The notes: generated by a model not told the origin, from the sequence alone. DNA of 64,000 nt from Candidatus Cloacimonadales bacterium (GCA_963665815.1 OY762463.1:1344001-1408000); one strand, 5' to 3'; counted from the stretch's first letter, positions 10,842 through 22,314 are shown. Translations and numbers: made by a program.

Positions 10842-11256
10842 TATCTCTCATATTAACATCCATGAAATTAAATCTTAAATCGAAAAATATAATACCTTAT
10901 CTATTCAAAATTAAGACTTCATCTGATGAGAACCAAATGACACCATAACCGTGAGTTTTCAAGATTATGCTTAAATTTTGTTATTTTTTTTTGATTGTCA
11001 AGCATACACTTGGGATTTAAATCATGACATATGTTTCCAAAGAGTATACTTTCCTTTAATATTGTATCGAGTCCTTATGTTCAAATCTTTGAAGAGTTCC
11101 TTAATCACCGATAATATTCTGTAATAATTAATTTCTGTGAATTTGCTTGCTTCTTAGTACATTCTAAGTTATTTTCTATAAGTATTTATAAGTAAAAGAA
11201 TAGAAAATATAGTGTGTTATTTTTAAAGCAACTCTTGCATCAAGTAAGGAGATATT

Positions 11257-13572
11257 ATGAATAAATTTATTATAACTTTAGTGTTTACTATTTTCACCTT
11301 AAGCTTGTTTTCTCAAACTGGAATTGCTCCATCAGGTCTTGGAACAGAAGCAAGTCCATATCTAATTACATCCTGGCAGAATTTATATTGGGTTAGTCAG
11401 AACTCAAGCTCATGGGATAAGCATTTTCTACAAACAGCCGATATTGATTTTTCAACTGCTTCTCCAGCAATTAACACTTGGAATAGTAATCAGGGCTGGA
11501 CTCCTATTGGAAACTCAGCAATAACCTTTACTGGTATCTATGATGCAGGAGGATACAAAGTGATTAACCTCTACATGAATTATCCGGGGAACGGTGAGCC
11601 AACATCAGTTGTGGAAGCTCAGGCATTACCAGGTAATATTGGTTTATTCGGCTATCTTGAATGCTCGTCATCTGCAGATGCTGTTATACGAAATCTGGGA
11701 ATCCTGAATGCAGATATTACTGGTGGAAGGGCAACAGGGTCATTATTAGGCAGGGCACAGCTTCCGAGTAATGCATCTTTTACAACTATCGTAGAAAACT
11801 GTTATACCGCAGGTACAATAACTGTAAGAGGATTCGGTGCAACAGGTGGTCTCGTAGGTGCAAACAATTCTCAAAAGAAAAATATGGTTCCAATAATCCG
11901 TTATTGTTACTCGAATGCTGACGTAGAAAGTCGCTTTCCAACCAATACAATACAGAATCCAAATGATAATGATGAGCTTTTCAATATCAAATATGGTGGT
12001 CTCGTAGGTTGCAATGAAAATGGACTATCTATGGACAGCTATTCAACAGGTGACGTTTATGGAGGTAAACGAACAGGTGGTATTGCAGGATGCTCTATAC
12101 GTGGAGCAGTAATTCGATGCTATGCAACGGGTCAAATAAGAACAGGATTTCAAAGCCCTCCATTTACAAGTGATACTGATCCTTTTATAGGTGGAATAGT
12201 TGGGCGTATTGATGGGCAACTTCCCCCCGGTTTAGGAGGTTTTCAAGGTAGTGGAGCAATACAGATGTGTTACTGGGATACATCTACATCTGGAAATAGT
12301 ACTTCAGGAGGCGGTACAGGAGTTCAGGGATTAACGACAGCCCAGTTACAAACTCAGTCAACTTATGCAAACTGGAACTTCGATGGCGTATGGCTCATTT
12401 CTGCAAACCAATATCCTCGTTTGGGTTGGCAGGATGGAGTAAATATTAATCCACTTTCCAATACATATGAAGGAATGCTTATTCCTACCATCATTGTTGA
12501 TGTGGCACAGCCTGATCAGCTTTATTCTGCCAGTAGTATCGGTGGTGAAACTGTTTATGTTGGATTTATGCCTGCATCAGACGAAACGGTAAACGTCTCT
12601 ATTTATTCTACTTATTCTGAGAATCCTACCTTTGTAGAAGGTAACTTTCCGAATCCGGAAAATCTTGGAGCTTATTGGCAATTCTATTGTTCTGATGACC
12701 AGGTATTGAGAAATGCTCAGCATCTTGATATCCAGATGCCTGTTCAGTATACTGAAATATGGTATAGATACTCTCGTGACAGTTCAGAAATTCAGTCCTG
12801 GCAAAAAGTTCCCGTTGGTGTTTCAACTTATCTGTCGGGATCTTATATCTATAGAATCACAGTAAGTGGATTATCTCTCCCTGCTCCTGGCAGATCCAGC
12901 GAGCAAGGTGAAGTTGAGTTTGCTGGAGATATTGGAGGAGATGATACACTTCCAATTGAACTTTCATCATTCACAGCATCTCAGATGCAATCCGATTTAG
13001 CATCCATAAATTGGAGTACTGCATCAGAAAGTGCAATGCTTGGTTATTATGTGCTTAGAAACACAGAATCGGACATACAGCATGCATTACGAATAACACC
13101 GGATATCATACCTGCATACAATTCTTCCAGTGGTAGTAATTACGAAACAACAGACAGCGATGTTTCTATTGGAGAAACCTATCATTACTGGCTTGAATCC
13201 ATAGAAATGAGTGGTAATAATAAACTCTATGGTCCTGTTATTCTGACAATTTCTGATGATGATTATAAAGAGGATATACCAGAAGTAATAGCTGTGACTG
13301 AGATTCAATCCATTTATCCAAATCCGTTCAATCCGCAAACAACAATACGTTATTTCCTACAAGATGATAGTGAAGTAAAACTTTCAATTTACAACATAAA
13401 AGGTGAAAAAATTCGTGTTTTTGATAAAGGTATTCAAACAGGTGGTCAGCATCATGAGATTCTCTGGGATGGAATAGATGAAAAAGGTTCAGAGACTTCC
13501 AGTGGAACATATATATTTCAACTTAATGCAGGGAAGGTAAAATACTCACAAAAAGCTGTAATGCTTAAATAG
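11257..13572 (+). CDS. Secreted GLUG-repeat beta-helix protein with FlgD-Ig/T9SS-like C-terminal domain
   Basis: Signal peptide, GLGTEASPYLI, GGLVG/GGIAG repeats, TLPIELSSFTA motif, IYPNPFNPQT C-terminal domain. Confidence 0.85.
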   Translation: MNKFIITLVFTIFTLSLFSQTGIAPSGLGTEASPYLITSWQNLYWVSQNSSSWDKHFLQTADIDFSTASPAINTWNSNQGWTPIGNSAITFTGIYDAGGYKVINLYMNYPGNGEPTSVVEAQALPGNIGLFGYLECSSSADAVIRNLGILNADITGGRATGSLLGRAQLPSNASFTTIVENCYTAGTITVRGFGATGGLVGANNSQKKNMVPIIRYCYSNADVESRFPTNTIQNPNDNDELFNIKYGGLVGCNENGLSMDSYSTGDVYGGKRTGGIAGCSIRGAVIRCYATGQIRTGFQSPPFTSDTDPFIGGIVGRIDGQLPPGLGGFQGSGAIQMCYWDTSTSGNSTSGGGTGVQGLTTAQLQTQSTYANWNFDGVWLISANQYPRLGWQDGVNINPLSNTYEGMLIPTIIVDVAQPDQLYSASSIGGETVYVGFMPASDETVNVSIYSTYSENPTFVEGNFPNPENLGAYWQFYCSDDQVLRNAQHLDIQMPVQYTEIWYRYSRDSSEIQSWQKVPVGVSTYLSGSYIYRITVSGLSLPAPGRSSEQGEVEFAGDIGGDDTLPIELSSFTASQMQSDLASINWSTASESAMLGYYVLRNTESDIQHALRITPDIIPAYNSSSGSNYETTDSDVSIGETYHYWLESIEMSGNNKLYGPVILTISDDDYKEDIPEVIAVTEIQSIYPNPFNPQTTIRYFLQDDSEVKLSIYNIKGEKIRVFDKGIQTGGQHHEILWDGIDEKGSETSSGTYIFQLNAGKVKYSQKAVMLK

Positions 13573-13593
13573 ATTAATTATCTTCAACATAGC

Positions 13594-13620
13594 AGCCGGG
13601 GAATGTTCCTCGGCTTTTTT
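13594..13620 (+). terminator. Intrinsic terminator between convergent genes
   Basis: AGCCGGGGAA-TG-TTCCTCGGCT followed by a T run. Confidence 0.75.
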
Positions 13621-13638
13621 CTTTTGTAAGTCACTTCC

Positions 13639-14805
13639 CTACTTCTTCCCCGTCATAAACGCAAAAGGTACAGCCCCGAGAGCCAGAAATGCAGAGATTT
13701 TGTATGTCAGATCCAAACCCAGTTTATCTGACAGCAGTCCAACCAGAATCACCATCAGAGAGCTGATAAAAAAATTGATCGTCATATAGACACCATTCAC
13801 CAGAGAGGAATGCTCCGAGTCTCGTTCGTGCACAAGTGCGAGAAGAACCGGTGAACTTGCCATCAGGAACACACCTGAGACAATCAGCAGAGGAATAACC
13901 CAGATTCCGCTGGCATGGACAAACAGCCACATCAGAACCGGACAGGCAACCGTAACAGCCACAAGCACTTTTCGTCTGCCAAACCTGTCTGAAAGATACC
14001 CCGCAGCAAATGTACCTGCTGCCCCGGAGAACTGCAGTATCGCCAAAGATATGCCTGCCAGCCAGAGAGAAAAGTCTTTATTCGTCAGATACACAGGTAA
14101 ATATATGGTTAAAGCCGATTTCATTGCTGCCCTGAAAGTAATAACTCCCGCAGTGATAACAAACACAGGCATCATTTTCTTCATTACAGCCATTTTGCTT
14201 TCAGAAATCACCTTTTTCTTCTGATTCTTCACTTCAACTTTGCTGAGTTGGAAGTAGATAAATACGGAGGAAGCCAGAGCTATCGGGATTAATCTCCAGG
14301 AATTATCCAGTCCCCACAACGATATCGAGCCCAGAATAAGCAGAGGTCCCAAAGATCGAGCCAACTCACCGCCAACCATGTAGAAACTCATTCCAAAGCC
14401 AATTCTGCCATACGAAACCTTCTTCATCATTCCGGGAGACGGCACATGAAAAACAGCCGATGACATCCCCGAAATAAATATGAGGAAAACAAGCATAGCA
14501 TAGTTGTCCACCAACCCTGCCAGACACATGACAACTGCCGTCACGGTTGGTGCTGCAACAATGAACCATTTTGGATTAAATCTGTCTGCCAATATTCCAA
14601 CAAAGGGATTAGAAAGTGAGGGAATTCGTCGCACAACATCAAGCAGCCCTGCCAGAAAAATTGTTATTCCAATTTTATCAATCATTAGTGGCAGTAACGG
14701 TGCCAGAAATGCAGAATATGTATCGTGTATAAGATGAGCATAGGCAATCGTCAGTACTTTTTTCAGGTCGAATTCTTTTCTATCTGTCATAGACTCTACT
14801 TTCAA
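13639..14805 (-). CDS. MFS transporter (Fsr/fosmidomycin-resistance-like)
   Basis: 12-TM pattern; AHLIHDTY, G.LADR, SAVFHVP, GYLSDRFGRRKV. Confidence 0.85.
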   Translation of the reverse strand: MKVESMTDRKEFDLKKVLTIAYAHLIHDTYSAFLAPLLPLMIDKIGITIFLAGLLDVVRRIPSLSNPFVGILADRFNPKWFIVAAPTVTAVVMCLAGLVDNYAMLVFLIFISGMSSAVFHVPSPGMMKKVSYGRIGFGMSFYMVGGELARSLGPLLILGSISLWGLDNSWRLIPIALASSVFIYFQLSKVEVKNQKKKVISESKMAVMKKMMPVFVITAGVITFRAAMKSALTIYLPVYLTNKDFSLWLAGISLAILQFSGAAGTFAAGYLSDRFGRRKVLVAVTVACPVLMWLFVHASGIWVIPLLIVSGVFLMASSPVLLALVHERDSEHSSLVNGVYMTINFFISSLMVILVGLLSDKLGLDLTYKISAFLALGAVPFAFMTGKK

Positions 14806-14836
14806 TTAGTTTGCTTCATTTATGGATATTCTGAGC

Positions 14837-15769
14837 TTACTTCACAGGCTTTATAAAATCACCTGTTTCCAGTGATTCAATATATATGATATTTTCTTTT
14901 ACCAGTTCATCAATTACGTTATCAAGTTCATGAGGATGAATCTCAAAAACTGCCAGCAGATCAATCTTTGTAACAGGACGTCGCCAGATTGTTTTGATTA
15001 TCTTGTTACGTATTTCTTCCCCGGACACTCTCTGAGTTTTCTTCATCTTGTTTCGGGAGATAATCTCAACGTTCAAAGGTTTAAAGAACTCAGCAATTTC
15101 CTCGAGTCGACTGTAATCCAGAGGTTTAATCCAGTCTACAGATCCTGGTCTATCGAGTGTATTCAGTTGAACACTGTCCGGATTTATCTTCATGATTGCA
15201 TCTTTCAGCTTCTTCAGCTCTTCAGGTGTATCATTTATACCGGGGCAGAAGAAAACTTCCAGCCACATCGTGCCTTTCATTTCCTGCTTAAGCTTTGTCA
15301 GACCTTCAATCATGCTTTCTGCATTCAAACTGTCAAAGGGTCTGTTAATCTGCTGGAATAACTTATTGGAAACAGCATCAAGAGAAGGTAAAATTAAATC
15401 CACATCAGCTACTTCTCTCCGCAGGCTCTCATCATGAAACAGGGTTCCGTTGGTTATCAGGGCAAGCTTCAGGTGTGAATAATTATCTTTTATGAAACGA
15501 ACAACTTTCCCCAGCCCGGAATTAAGAGTTGGCTCTCCCTGACCGGAAAACGTTACGTAATCCAGTTCCGGGTTTGTACTGAGATATTCTTTGATCTCCT
15601 CAATAACTTCATCAATGGGAATATAGTTATCCCTTATAACTGTTAGATTTGTTGTATCTCCTGATTCGCAGTAAACACAACTGAGTGTGCATACCTTGAA
15701 GGGAACAAGATCTACTCCGAGAGACAATCCAAGCCGTCTTGATGATACAGGACCAAAAAGATATTTCAT
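14837..15769 (-). CDS. Radical SAM Fe-S oxidoreductase
   Basis: FGPVSSRRLGLSLGVD, CTLSCVYC, TFSGQGEPTL; start moved to ATG 15769 (GGAGG SD). Confidence 0.88.
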   Translation of the reverse strand: MKYLFGPVSSRRLGLSLGVDLVPFKVCTLSCVYCESGDTTNLTVIRDNYIPIDEVIEEIKEYLSTNPELDYVTFSGQGEPTLNSGLGKVVRFIKDNYSHLKLALITNGTLFHDESLRREVADVDLILPSLDAVSNKLFQQINRPFDSLNAESMIEGLTKLKQEMKGTMWLEVFFCPGINDTPEELKKLKDAIMKINPDSVQLNTLDRPGSVDWIKPLDYSRLEEIAEFFKPLNVEIISRNKMKKTQRVSGEEIRNKIIKTIWRRPVTKIDLLAVFEIHPHELDNVIDELVKENIIYIESLETGDFIKPVK

Positions 15770-15933
15770 TTTTTCCTCCAAAGCATTTATAGTACTAAAC
15801 AAATATAATGCTGCCTGTAGTCAATGAAAATCAGATCAATAAAATATTTCATTTGTGTAAATGCAGGTTTGGAGTTACTATATAATATGTTACTTTATAC
15901 GTAGTGTCTCAAAAAGTAGTAAGGAGTTTTATC

Positions 15934-16914
15934 TTGAAAAAACACCTGTTAATAATAATTTTCCTCCTGTCTTCATTGCTATTTTCGATCAAGAATGATA
16001 ATACTGTCCTTATAATAGGAAGCTATCACCCGGAGCTGGCATGGGTTGATCAGTGCGAAGAAGGTATAGAATCATCTATAGATTCAAATATTCAAGTAGT
16101 AAAATTCTATATGGATACAAAACGTATACCGGAATCGTCTTTTAATCAGAAAGTAATTGAAGCCCTGAGATTAATTGAGGAAGTTAAACCTGACCTGATT
16201 ATGCTGGGTGATGACAATGCTTTGAAACTAATCGGACCTGAGCTGGCAGGAAAAGAAATTCCGGTTGTTTTTTTCGGAATAAACACGAATCCAAGACACT
16301 ATTTCGAAAACTTAGTCCTCCCATCAAACTTCACTGGTGTTTTGGAACATTTTGTTGTTATTCCATGGATAGGACATTTGAAAAAGATTATGCCTGATGC
16401 TGAAAAAGCTTTAGTCATGTTTGATCATAGTTCAACGACTGAGGCTATTATTCATACATCATTTTATGATAGTAATGTAATCAATATTGCAGGACTTGAA
16501 ATTGAATACAATATTCTTCCCGATTGGAATAATTGGAAACAGTGTGTGCAGAACTGTTCAGAATTTGATATGATAATCCTCCCAACATTCCATGCTGTAA
16601 AGGACAAAGACAAGGCTATTGATTATAATGAGGTTATCAGATGGACTTCCCGAAATACAAAGATACCTCTTTTTACTTTTCAGGATTATGCCGTACGTGA
16701 TGATGGTTGTACAGGAGCATTTGTTCTGCATGGAGTCTCACATGGGAAAGTTGCAGGAGAAATGGTACAGATGATTCTGATAGATAAAAAACCTCCTGGC
16801 AAAATTGTACCTGTCCCTGATACAAGTGGTAAATTCTTCTTCAATAAAAAACAATTAAAAAGATTCTCCATAGCTTTGCCGGAATACATAAAGAATGATG
16901 CGATATTCAAGTAA
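15934..16914 (+). CDS. ABC-type substrate-binding protein (orphan)
   Basis: Signal peptide; VLIIGSYHPELAW, YMDTKR, DDNAL, PVVFFGIN; TTG start with AAGGAG SD. Confidence 0.75.
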   Translation: MKKHLLIIIFLLSSLLFSIKNDNTVLIIGSYHPELAWVDQCEEGIESSIDSNIQVVKFYMDTKRIPESSFNQKVIEALRLIEEVKPDLIMLGDDNALKLIGPELAGKEIPVVFFGINTNPRHYFENLVLPSNFTGVLEHFVVIPWIGHLKKIMPDAEKALVMFDHSSTTEAIIHTSFYDSNVINIAGLEIEYNILPDWNNWKQCVQNCSEFDMIILPTFHAVKDKDKAIDYNEVIRWTSRNTKIPLFTFQDYAVRDDGCTGAFVLHGVSHGKVAGEMVQMILIDKKPPGKIVPVPDTSGKFFFNKKQLKRFSIALPEYIKNDAIFK

Positions 16915-17168
16915 TAAATGCAAACAGCCATCTTGATGCGTTGGGCTGAGTATTGTGTTTTTCGAATTTCATACCCTATCTCAAGCATTGTAACTCTGCA
17001 CTAATAAAAAACTTCTTCGCACAGCAATATCTGTTATCAAGAGTTAATATTATCAAATGCTTTTTAATGCTATAAGTATTATCCTTTTTCATTGACAGAA
17101 TTCAACCTGAATTGCTTAGTTATTCACTGAAATAAATAAACACGTAATCATTTGATTAAAGGTAGCTT

Positions 17169-18797
17169 ATGTCATACATAGTTTTAGCAAGAAAATACAG
17201 ACCACAGAATTTTGAAGAAGTTTATGCTCAGGATCATGTAACTAAAACACTGAGAAATGCTATTGATTCCGACAGGATAGCCCATGCTTACCTGTTTACC
17301 GGTTCAAGAGGTGTTGGTAAGACTTCTCTTGCTCGTATCATGGCTAAAAGTCTTAATTGTAAAGAAGGTCCGACTTCTACTCCATGCAATGTCTGCGAAA
17401 ACTGCCACGAGATTACTGACGGAATATCACCTGATGTAATTGAGATTGACGGTGCGTCTAATACAGGTGTTGACGACATCAGAGACTTACAGAAAGAACT
17501 GATGTATACTGCTTCCAAATCAAAGTATAAAATATACATTATCGATGAGGTTCACATGCTCTCCAAAAGTGCTTTCAATGCACTTCTCAAAACACTTGAA
17601 GAGCCACCTCAAAATGTAATATTCATTTTTGCTACAACCGAACCCCATAAGCTTCCCCCTACAATTATATCAAGATGTCAAAGATACGATTTCAAGAGAA
17701 TCCCAATTGATGCCATTGTCGCAAGACTACAGGATATTGTCGAAAAAGAGAAGATCACAATCTCAGAAGAATCGCTGTTTATTATAGCGAGAAAAGCCGA
17801 AGGTGGAATGAGGGACGCTCTTTCACTTATGGATCAGGTAATTTCTACAGGTAAAGATAACATTACTACGGAACAGGTGCTTTCTGTCTTCGGAGTGTTA
17901 TCTTCAGAAGTGTATCTCGAAATACTGGCATTTCTAAAGAAGAAACAGTCCACAGCCGTAATAAGAACAATTCATCAGATTTTCGAACGAGGTAACGATG
18001 TTCAGGAATTTCTTAACGGTCTGCTGGAAACAATGAGATCAATTCTTCTGATAAAGGTGGGAATCGTTCTTCCTGAAATACCGGCAAATCTACTGAACAG
18101 GTATAAGCAGCTTTCTGCCGATTACTCGGAAGATGACCTGATGTATCTGATTTCATACTTGATAAAGCTAAAAAATGACATTAAAACAAGCAGTACACCA
18201 ATGCTTCTTGTGGAAATGGTATTCATTAAACTGGCAAGACTGGCAGAAATGCACTCTATTGAAGAACTGATCTCCAATACAGACAAAATTACTGCTATGC
18301 CACAGGCTTCGCAGGCAACCCATGCAGAATACAAAGATGTGACAAAAGAAATACGTCATATTTCTACAGATATAGTCAAAGAAACTATCATAAATGATGT
18401 TCATAAGGAGAAAGAAAAATTCTCTGATCTGACAAAAGAAAAACTGGAAAAAGAATGGCCTAAAATAGCTTCGATGATATCCAAAAAGCATTCTGTTATG
18501 AGTGCATATCTCAAGCAGGCAGAAGTTTATGATATTAAAAATAATTTGATCACTATTACTGTGAATTCTACTCTTGCCAGGGATATGCTCAAAAAAAATC
18601 AAGCTGCTCTTGAGAAAGTATTCTCAGACTATCTTGATAAAGAAGTACAGATTACATACAAACTGATAAAAAAAAAAGTTAAAGAAAAAGTAATAAATCC
18701 AACTGTTCAGCAGATTAGAAAAGATTATCCAGGAATTGCTGATTTTATCGAAGCAAGTGAATCTGAAGTTACAACGGTGATCGAGAAAAAATTCTGA
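17169..18797 (+). CDS. dnaX: DNA polymerase III subunit gamma/tau
   Basis: LARKYRPQ, GSRGVGKT, EIDGASN, IIDEVHMLS, SRCQR. Confidence 0.97.
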   Translation: MSYIVLARKYRPQNFEEVYAQDHVTKTLRNAIDSDRIAHAYLFTGSRGVGKTSLARIMAKSLNCKEGPTSTPCNVCENCHEITDGISPDVIEIDGASNTGVDDIRDLQKELMYTASKSKYKIYIIDEVHMLSKSAFNALLKTLEEPPQNVIFIFATTEPHKLPPTIISRCQRYDFKRIPIDAIVARLQDIVEKEKITISEESLFIIARKAEGGMRDALSLMDQVISTGKDNITTEQVLSVFGVLSSEVYLEILAFLKKKQSTAVIRTIHQIFERGNDVQEFLNGLLETMRSILLIKVGIVLPEIPANLLNRYKQLSADYSEDDLMYLISYLIKLKNDIKTSSTPMLLVEMVFIKLARLAEMHSIEELISNTDKITAMPQASQATHAEYKDVTKEIRHISTDIVKETIINDVHKEKEKFSDLTKEKLEKEWPKIASMISKKHSVMSAYLKQAEVYDIKNNLITITVNSTLARDMLKKNQAALEKVFSDYLDKEVQITYKLIKKKVKEKVINPTVQQIRKDYPGIADFIEASESEVTTVIEKKF

Positions 18798-19891
18798 TGC
18801 TGCTTTTTCTTTATATCTCTACCGCATCCTATTCTCTGTTAATCCTTTCATTTGCAATTGGTGTAATCATGTCTGAAAAAAAAACTCAAGACATACACCC
18901 TCAGAAGATAAGCGTTATTGTTGCTGCCAGAAATGAAGAAAAACACATTCAATCTCTTATTGATGCAACCAAAGCACAATCGTATGATAAAGATAAATTC
19001 GAATTGATAATTGCCGATGATCGTTCAACAGACAGAACAGTAGAAATCATCAAACAGAACCAATTAAACTTCAAAAATCTTAAATATGTTTCAGTTAAAG
19101 ATAATGAACCGGAATATCCGGGCAAAAAATATGCTCTTACAAAAGCAATCAACGCTGCCCAATTTGAAATCCTTGCTTTTACAGATGCAGACTGTCTTCC
19201 TGAAAACAAATGGTTAGAGAGTATAAGCAATAACTTCGACAGCTACACAGATGTGCTTTGCGGATATTCTCCTTTAATCGGTCAGGATAACTTTATAGGA
19301 AAGTTGAAGAATCTGGAAAGGCTCTCAATTTTTGCTCTTTGTGCAGGATCATTCTTCTGGAAATGGGCTATAACATGCAGTGCAAGAAACTGGGCATACA
19401 GGAAATCACTGTTCAGAAAAGTAAATGGATTTTCGGGAATTGATCATATTGCTTCTGGTGATGACGACCTCATGCTGCTTAAGCTGAGAAGAGAGACAAA
19501 TAAATTCAGATTCATGTTTAATCGGGGTGCATCAGTACCTTCATTCGATAAAACAGACATGAAATCTCAGGTTAATCTGGAGACGAGACGTGCTTCTAAA
19601 CTGAAGTTTTATCCTGCTGACCTGAAGCTTATTGTCTTCATTGCCTTATTTTTTTACTCTTCAATTATCATATCTCTGTTTGCAGCCATTATGTCACCGG
19701 ATTTAATTCCTGGTATTATTATTGCAATAAGCTGTAAACTTTTGGTTGAGTTCCTGCTTCTTGGCTCATTTGCAGCAAAAATCAGAAAGCTGAACCTGAT
19801 GAATGTATTCATTCCGGCAGAGATTTTATATATACCTTACTTCATTTTATTCGGGTTAAAGGGAACTTTTGGAAAATACAGGTGGAAATAA
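18797..19891 (+). CDS. GT2 family glycosyltransferase with TM helices
   Basis: SVIVAARNEE, DDRSTD, GKKYAL, FTDADC, SGDDDL. Confidence 0.9.
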   Translation: MLLFLYISTASYSLLILSFAIGVIMSEKKTQDIHPQKISVIVAARNEEKHIQSLIDATKAQSYDKDKFELIIADDRSTDRTVEIIKQNQLNFKNLKYVSVKDNEPEYPGKKYALTKAINAAQFEILAFTDADCLPENKWLESISNNFDSYTDVLCGYSPLIGQDNFIGKLKNLERLSIFALCAGSFFWKWAITCSARNWAYRKSLFRKVNGFSGIDHIASGDDDLMLLKLRRETNKFRFMFNRGASVPSFDKTDMKSQVNLETRRASKLKFYPADLKLIVFIALFFYSSIIISLFAAIMSPDLIPGIIIAISCKLLVEFLLLGSFAAKIRKLNLMNVFIPAEILYIPYFILFGLKGTFGKYRWK

Positions 19892-20437
19892 ATGAACTTA
19901 CAATATCCGGAATTAGAAAAATTCAGAGAGCAAAGCAATAATATCAGACGCCTTTGGAATATTGATGAAAAACTGGCTGAACTGCTGTATATGTTTGTAC
20001 GTATCAAAAAACCAATGAACATTCTGGAACTGGGAACATCTAACGGATTCTCAACATTCTATCTTTCAGTAAGTGGAGAACTTACAGAAAGCTGTGTTTA
20101 TTCTATCGAGTTCGATGAAAAAAGACATTTAATGGCAAAGGAAAATCTGAAAAACTGTAATAATATCGAACTGATCAAAGGCAGAATTGAGGACGTAATA
20201 CCTGAGCTTCATATGAATTTTGATATGGTATTTATGGATGCCAACAAATCTTGCTATATAGACTATATATTGAGCCTCGAAAATAAATTGAACAAAGATG
20301 CCCTTATCATTGCTGACAATGTATCATCTCATGAAGAGACTACCGGTGAGTACATAGACTATATTAAAAAAAATCCTCGCTACGACGAAATGATTTTACC
20401 ATATCTCTCGGGATTCTCCATAGCTATTTATAAGTAG
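19892..20437 (+). CDS. O-methyltransferase (YrrM/COMT-like)
   Basis: ILELGTSNGFST, FDMVFMDANK, IIADNV. Confidence 0.85.
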   Translation: MNLQYPELEKFREQSNNIRRLWNIDEKLAELLYMFVRIKKPMNILELGTSNGFSTFYLSVSGELTESCVYSIEFDEKRHLMAKENLKNCNNIELIKGRIEDVIPELHMNFDMVFMDANKSCYIDYILSLENKLNKDALIIADNVSSHEETTGEYIDYIKKNPRYDEMILPYLSGFSIAIYK

Positions 20438-20589
20438 GCTGAATCACAAGAACAGCTGAATTTAATCTTGCATTATTCCCACATGTTATAAAAATTCAAT
20501 TAAAAAATTAACTCTGAATACAATTATATACTTGCTCATAATACTTTTGTTATGTATCTTTTATTTAAACAAATTATAAGGAAGATATT

Positions 20590-21324
20590 ATGACAACGAA
20601 AAAATTACTGGCTCTATTTTTTGCTCTTATAGCCGTAATAGTATCCGCAGCTGATTTACAATTATATACCGAAGAATACCCACCATACAATTTCAAAAAG
20701 GACGGAAAGCTTCAGGGAATCGCAATTGATATGATGGAGTTGATTCTTGAGGAAGCAGGAACCGGCTTAACTAAATCAGACATCCAGCTTGTTCCATGGT
20801 CAAGAGGTTATGCTCTAGTACAGAGGGACGCAAATGTGTGTCTTTTCTCAATGACTCGTTCTAAGGAAAGAGAGAACATGTTTAAATGGGTTGGTCCTGT
20901 AGCAAAAACTACAATCGTTTTGTACGCATTGAAAGACAGCGGTATTAAAATCAGTTCAGAAGCTGATATTCCCAAATACACAACAACGGTTGTTAAAGAT
21001 GATATCGGACAACAACTTGTTGGAAAAGCCGTTTCCGATGAAAGTAAAATTGATGTTTCTGCCAATAATATTGCCTGCGTCAGAAAACTCTATAATAAAA
21101 GAGTCAATCTCTGGGCTTATGAGAGCAATGTAGGTAAATGGGTTGCAAAGAGCAATAATTTTGATACATCAAAACTTGAACCTGTATACACACTATCCGA
21201 AGCTGAATTACATTTTGCATTCAGCAAAAAAACTGATGATGCAACGATTCAAAAGTTTCAGCAAGCTTATGATAAACTTAAGAAATCAGGAAAATTCGAT
21301 GCTATAATGAAGGCTTATCAATAA
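20590..21324 (+). CDS. Polar amino-acid-type periplasmic binding protein (SBP_bac_3)
   Basis: Signal peptide; TEEYPPYNF, PWSRG, RSKERE..FKWVGP. Confidence 0.88.
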   Translation: MTTKKLLALFFALIAVIVSAADLQLYTEEYPPYNFKKDGKLQGIAIDMMELILEEAGTGLTKSDIQLVPWSRGYALVQRDANVCLFSMTRSKERENMFKWVGPVAKTTIVLYALKDSGIKISSEADIPKYTTTVVKDDIGQQLVGKAVSDESKIDVSANNIACVRKLYNKRVNLWAYESNVGKWVAKSNNFDTSKLEPVYTLSEAELHFAFSKKTDDATIQKFQQAYDKLKKSGKFDAIMKAYQ

Positions 21325-21345
21325 CTTTACTATATTATTTCAATC

Positions 21346-21376
21346 AGCCTGTTGAGCCTGTCGACAGGCTTTTTTT
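21346..21376 (+). terminator. Intrinsic terminator
   Basis: AGCCTGTTGA-GCCTG-TCGACAGGCT followed by a T run. Confidence 0.75.
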
Positions 21377-21418
21377 CTTTTTAACCTTTTCTTAAATCCT
21401 GAAAGAGCATTACTAAAT

Positions 21419-21611
21419 GAGAGCTTTGCATAACTGAGGTAGTTGACTCGATTTTGCTATAATGCAAAGCTCTATAAATCAATAAAAACTATTTAAGCAA
21501 CAAGTTCTTGACTTTTCCTGCATTAAAACGTAAAAATGCTGAAATGTGAACTTTGCATGATCAAAATTCTTCTTAACAAAAATCATGGATTTCATATGAT
21601 GCAAAGCTCTC
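21419..21611. mobile_element. MITE-like element with IS5/IS1106-like terminal inverted repeats
   Basis: 13-bp perfect IR GAGAGCTTTGCAT (21419-21431) / ATGCAAAGCTCTC (21599-21611); extra internal IR copies at 21462-21473 and about 21551; related element at 26767. Confidence 0.55.
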
Positions 21612-21632
21612 AAAAATATTTCAGGAGGATCA

Positions 21633-22262
21633 ATGAACAAGCCCGTTGTCATTGGTATAGCCGGAGGAACAGGCTCCGGAAAAACAACAATTGCCGAAGC
21701 TATTAAAGCAGATATCAGGGAGAATATAACAGTTATCCCGCAGGATGCTTACTATAAATCATTTGAGTCATTACCACTTGAAGAAAGAAACCAGATAAAC
21801 TTTGACCATCCTTCGGTATTTGACAATAAACTATTAGTCAACCACATAAAATCTCTTAAACAATTAGTACCAATAGAATTACCGGTATATGATTACTCTA
21901 CTCACCTTCGCAAAGAAGAAACTATCCTGAAAAAACCTGAAAAAATCATTATCATAGAAGGTATTCTTATCTTCGAGAACAAAGAGCTCAGAAATGAAAT
22001 GGATATAAAAATATTTGTGGATACTGACTCTGACATCAGAATTCTTCGGCGAATTGAACGTGACATGAAAGAGCGAGGCAGAAGCCTTGGATCCGTTATT
22101 GATCAGTATCGAAAGACTGTACGTCCAATGCATATTGAGTTTGTTGAACCCACAAAAAGATTCGCAGACATTATTATTCCCGAAGGTGGGAAAAACCATG
22201 TAGCAATTGATATGGTTTCCACAAAACTAAAAAATATCTTAACTAAAGCAAAACCAATATAA
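21633..22262 (+). CDS. udk: Uridine kinase
   Basis: IGIAGGTGSGKTT, QDAYY, NFDHP, RRIERD..ERGR, FVEPTKRFADIIIPEGG. Confidence 0.96.
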   Translation: MNKPVVIGIAGGTGSGKTTIAEAIKADIRENITVIPQDAYYKSFESLPLEERNQINFDHPSVFDNKLLVNHIKSLKQLVPIELPVYDYSTHLRKEETILKKPEKIIIIEGILIFENKELRNEMDIKIFVDTDSDIRILRRIERDMKERGRSLGSVIDQYRKTVRPMHIEFVEPTKRFADIIIPEGGKNHVAIDMVSTKLKNILTKAKPI

Positions 22263-22314
22263 CGAAAATTATAGAACACGAGATGTAAATCTGTTTAATA
22301 TCATTGGAGGATAA

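Noticed and set aside
16915-17168. SRP RNA or tRNA upstream of dnaX
   Set aside because: No SRP domain IV (CAGG...GGAA...AGCAG) motif or cloverleaf; only a weak CAGCC/GGCTG stem.
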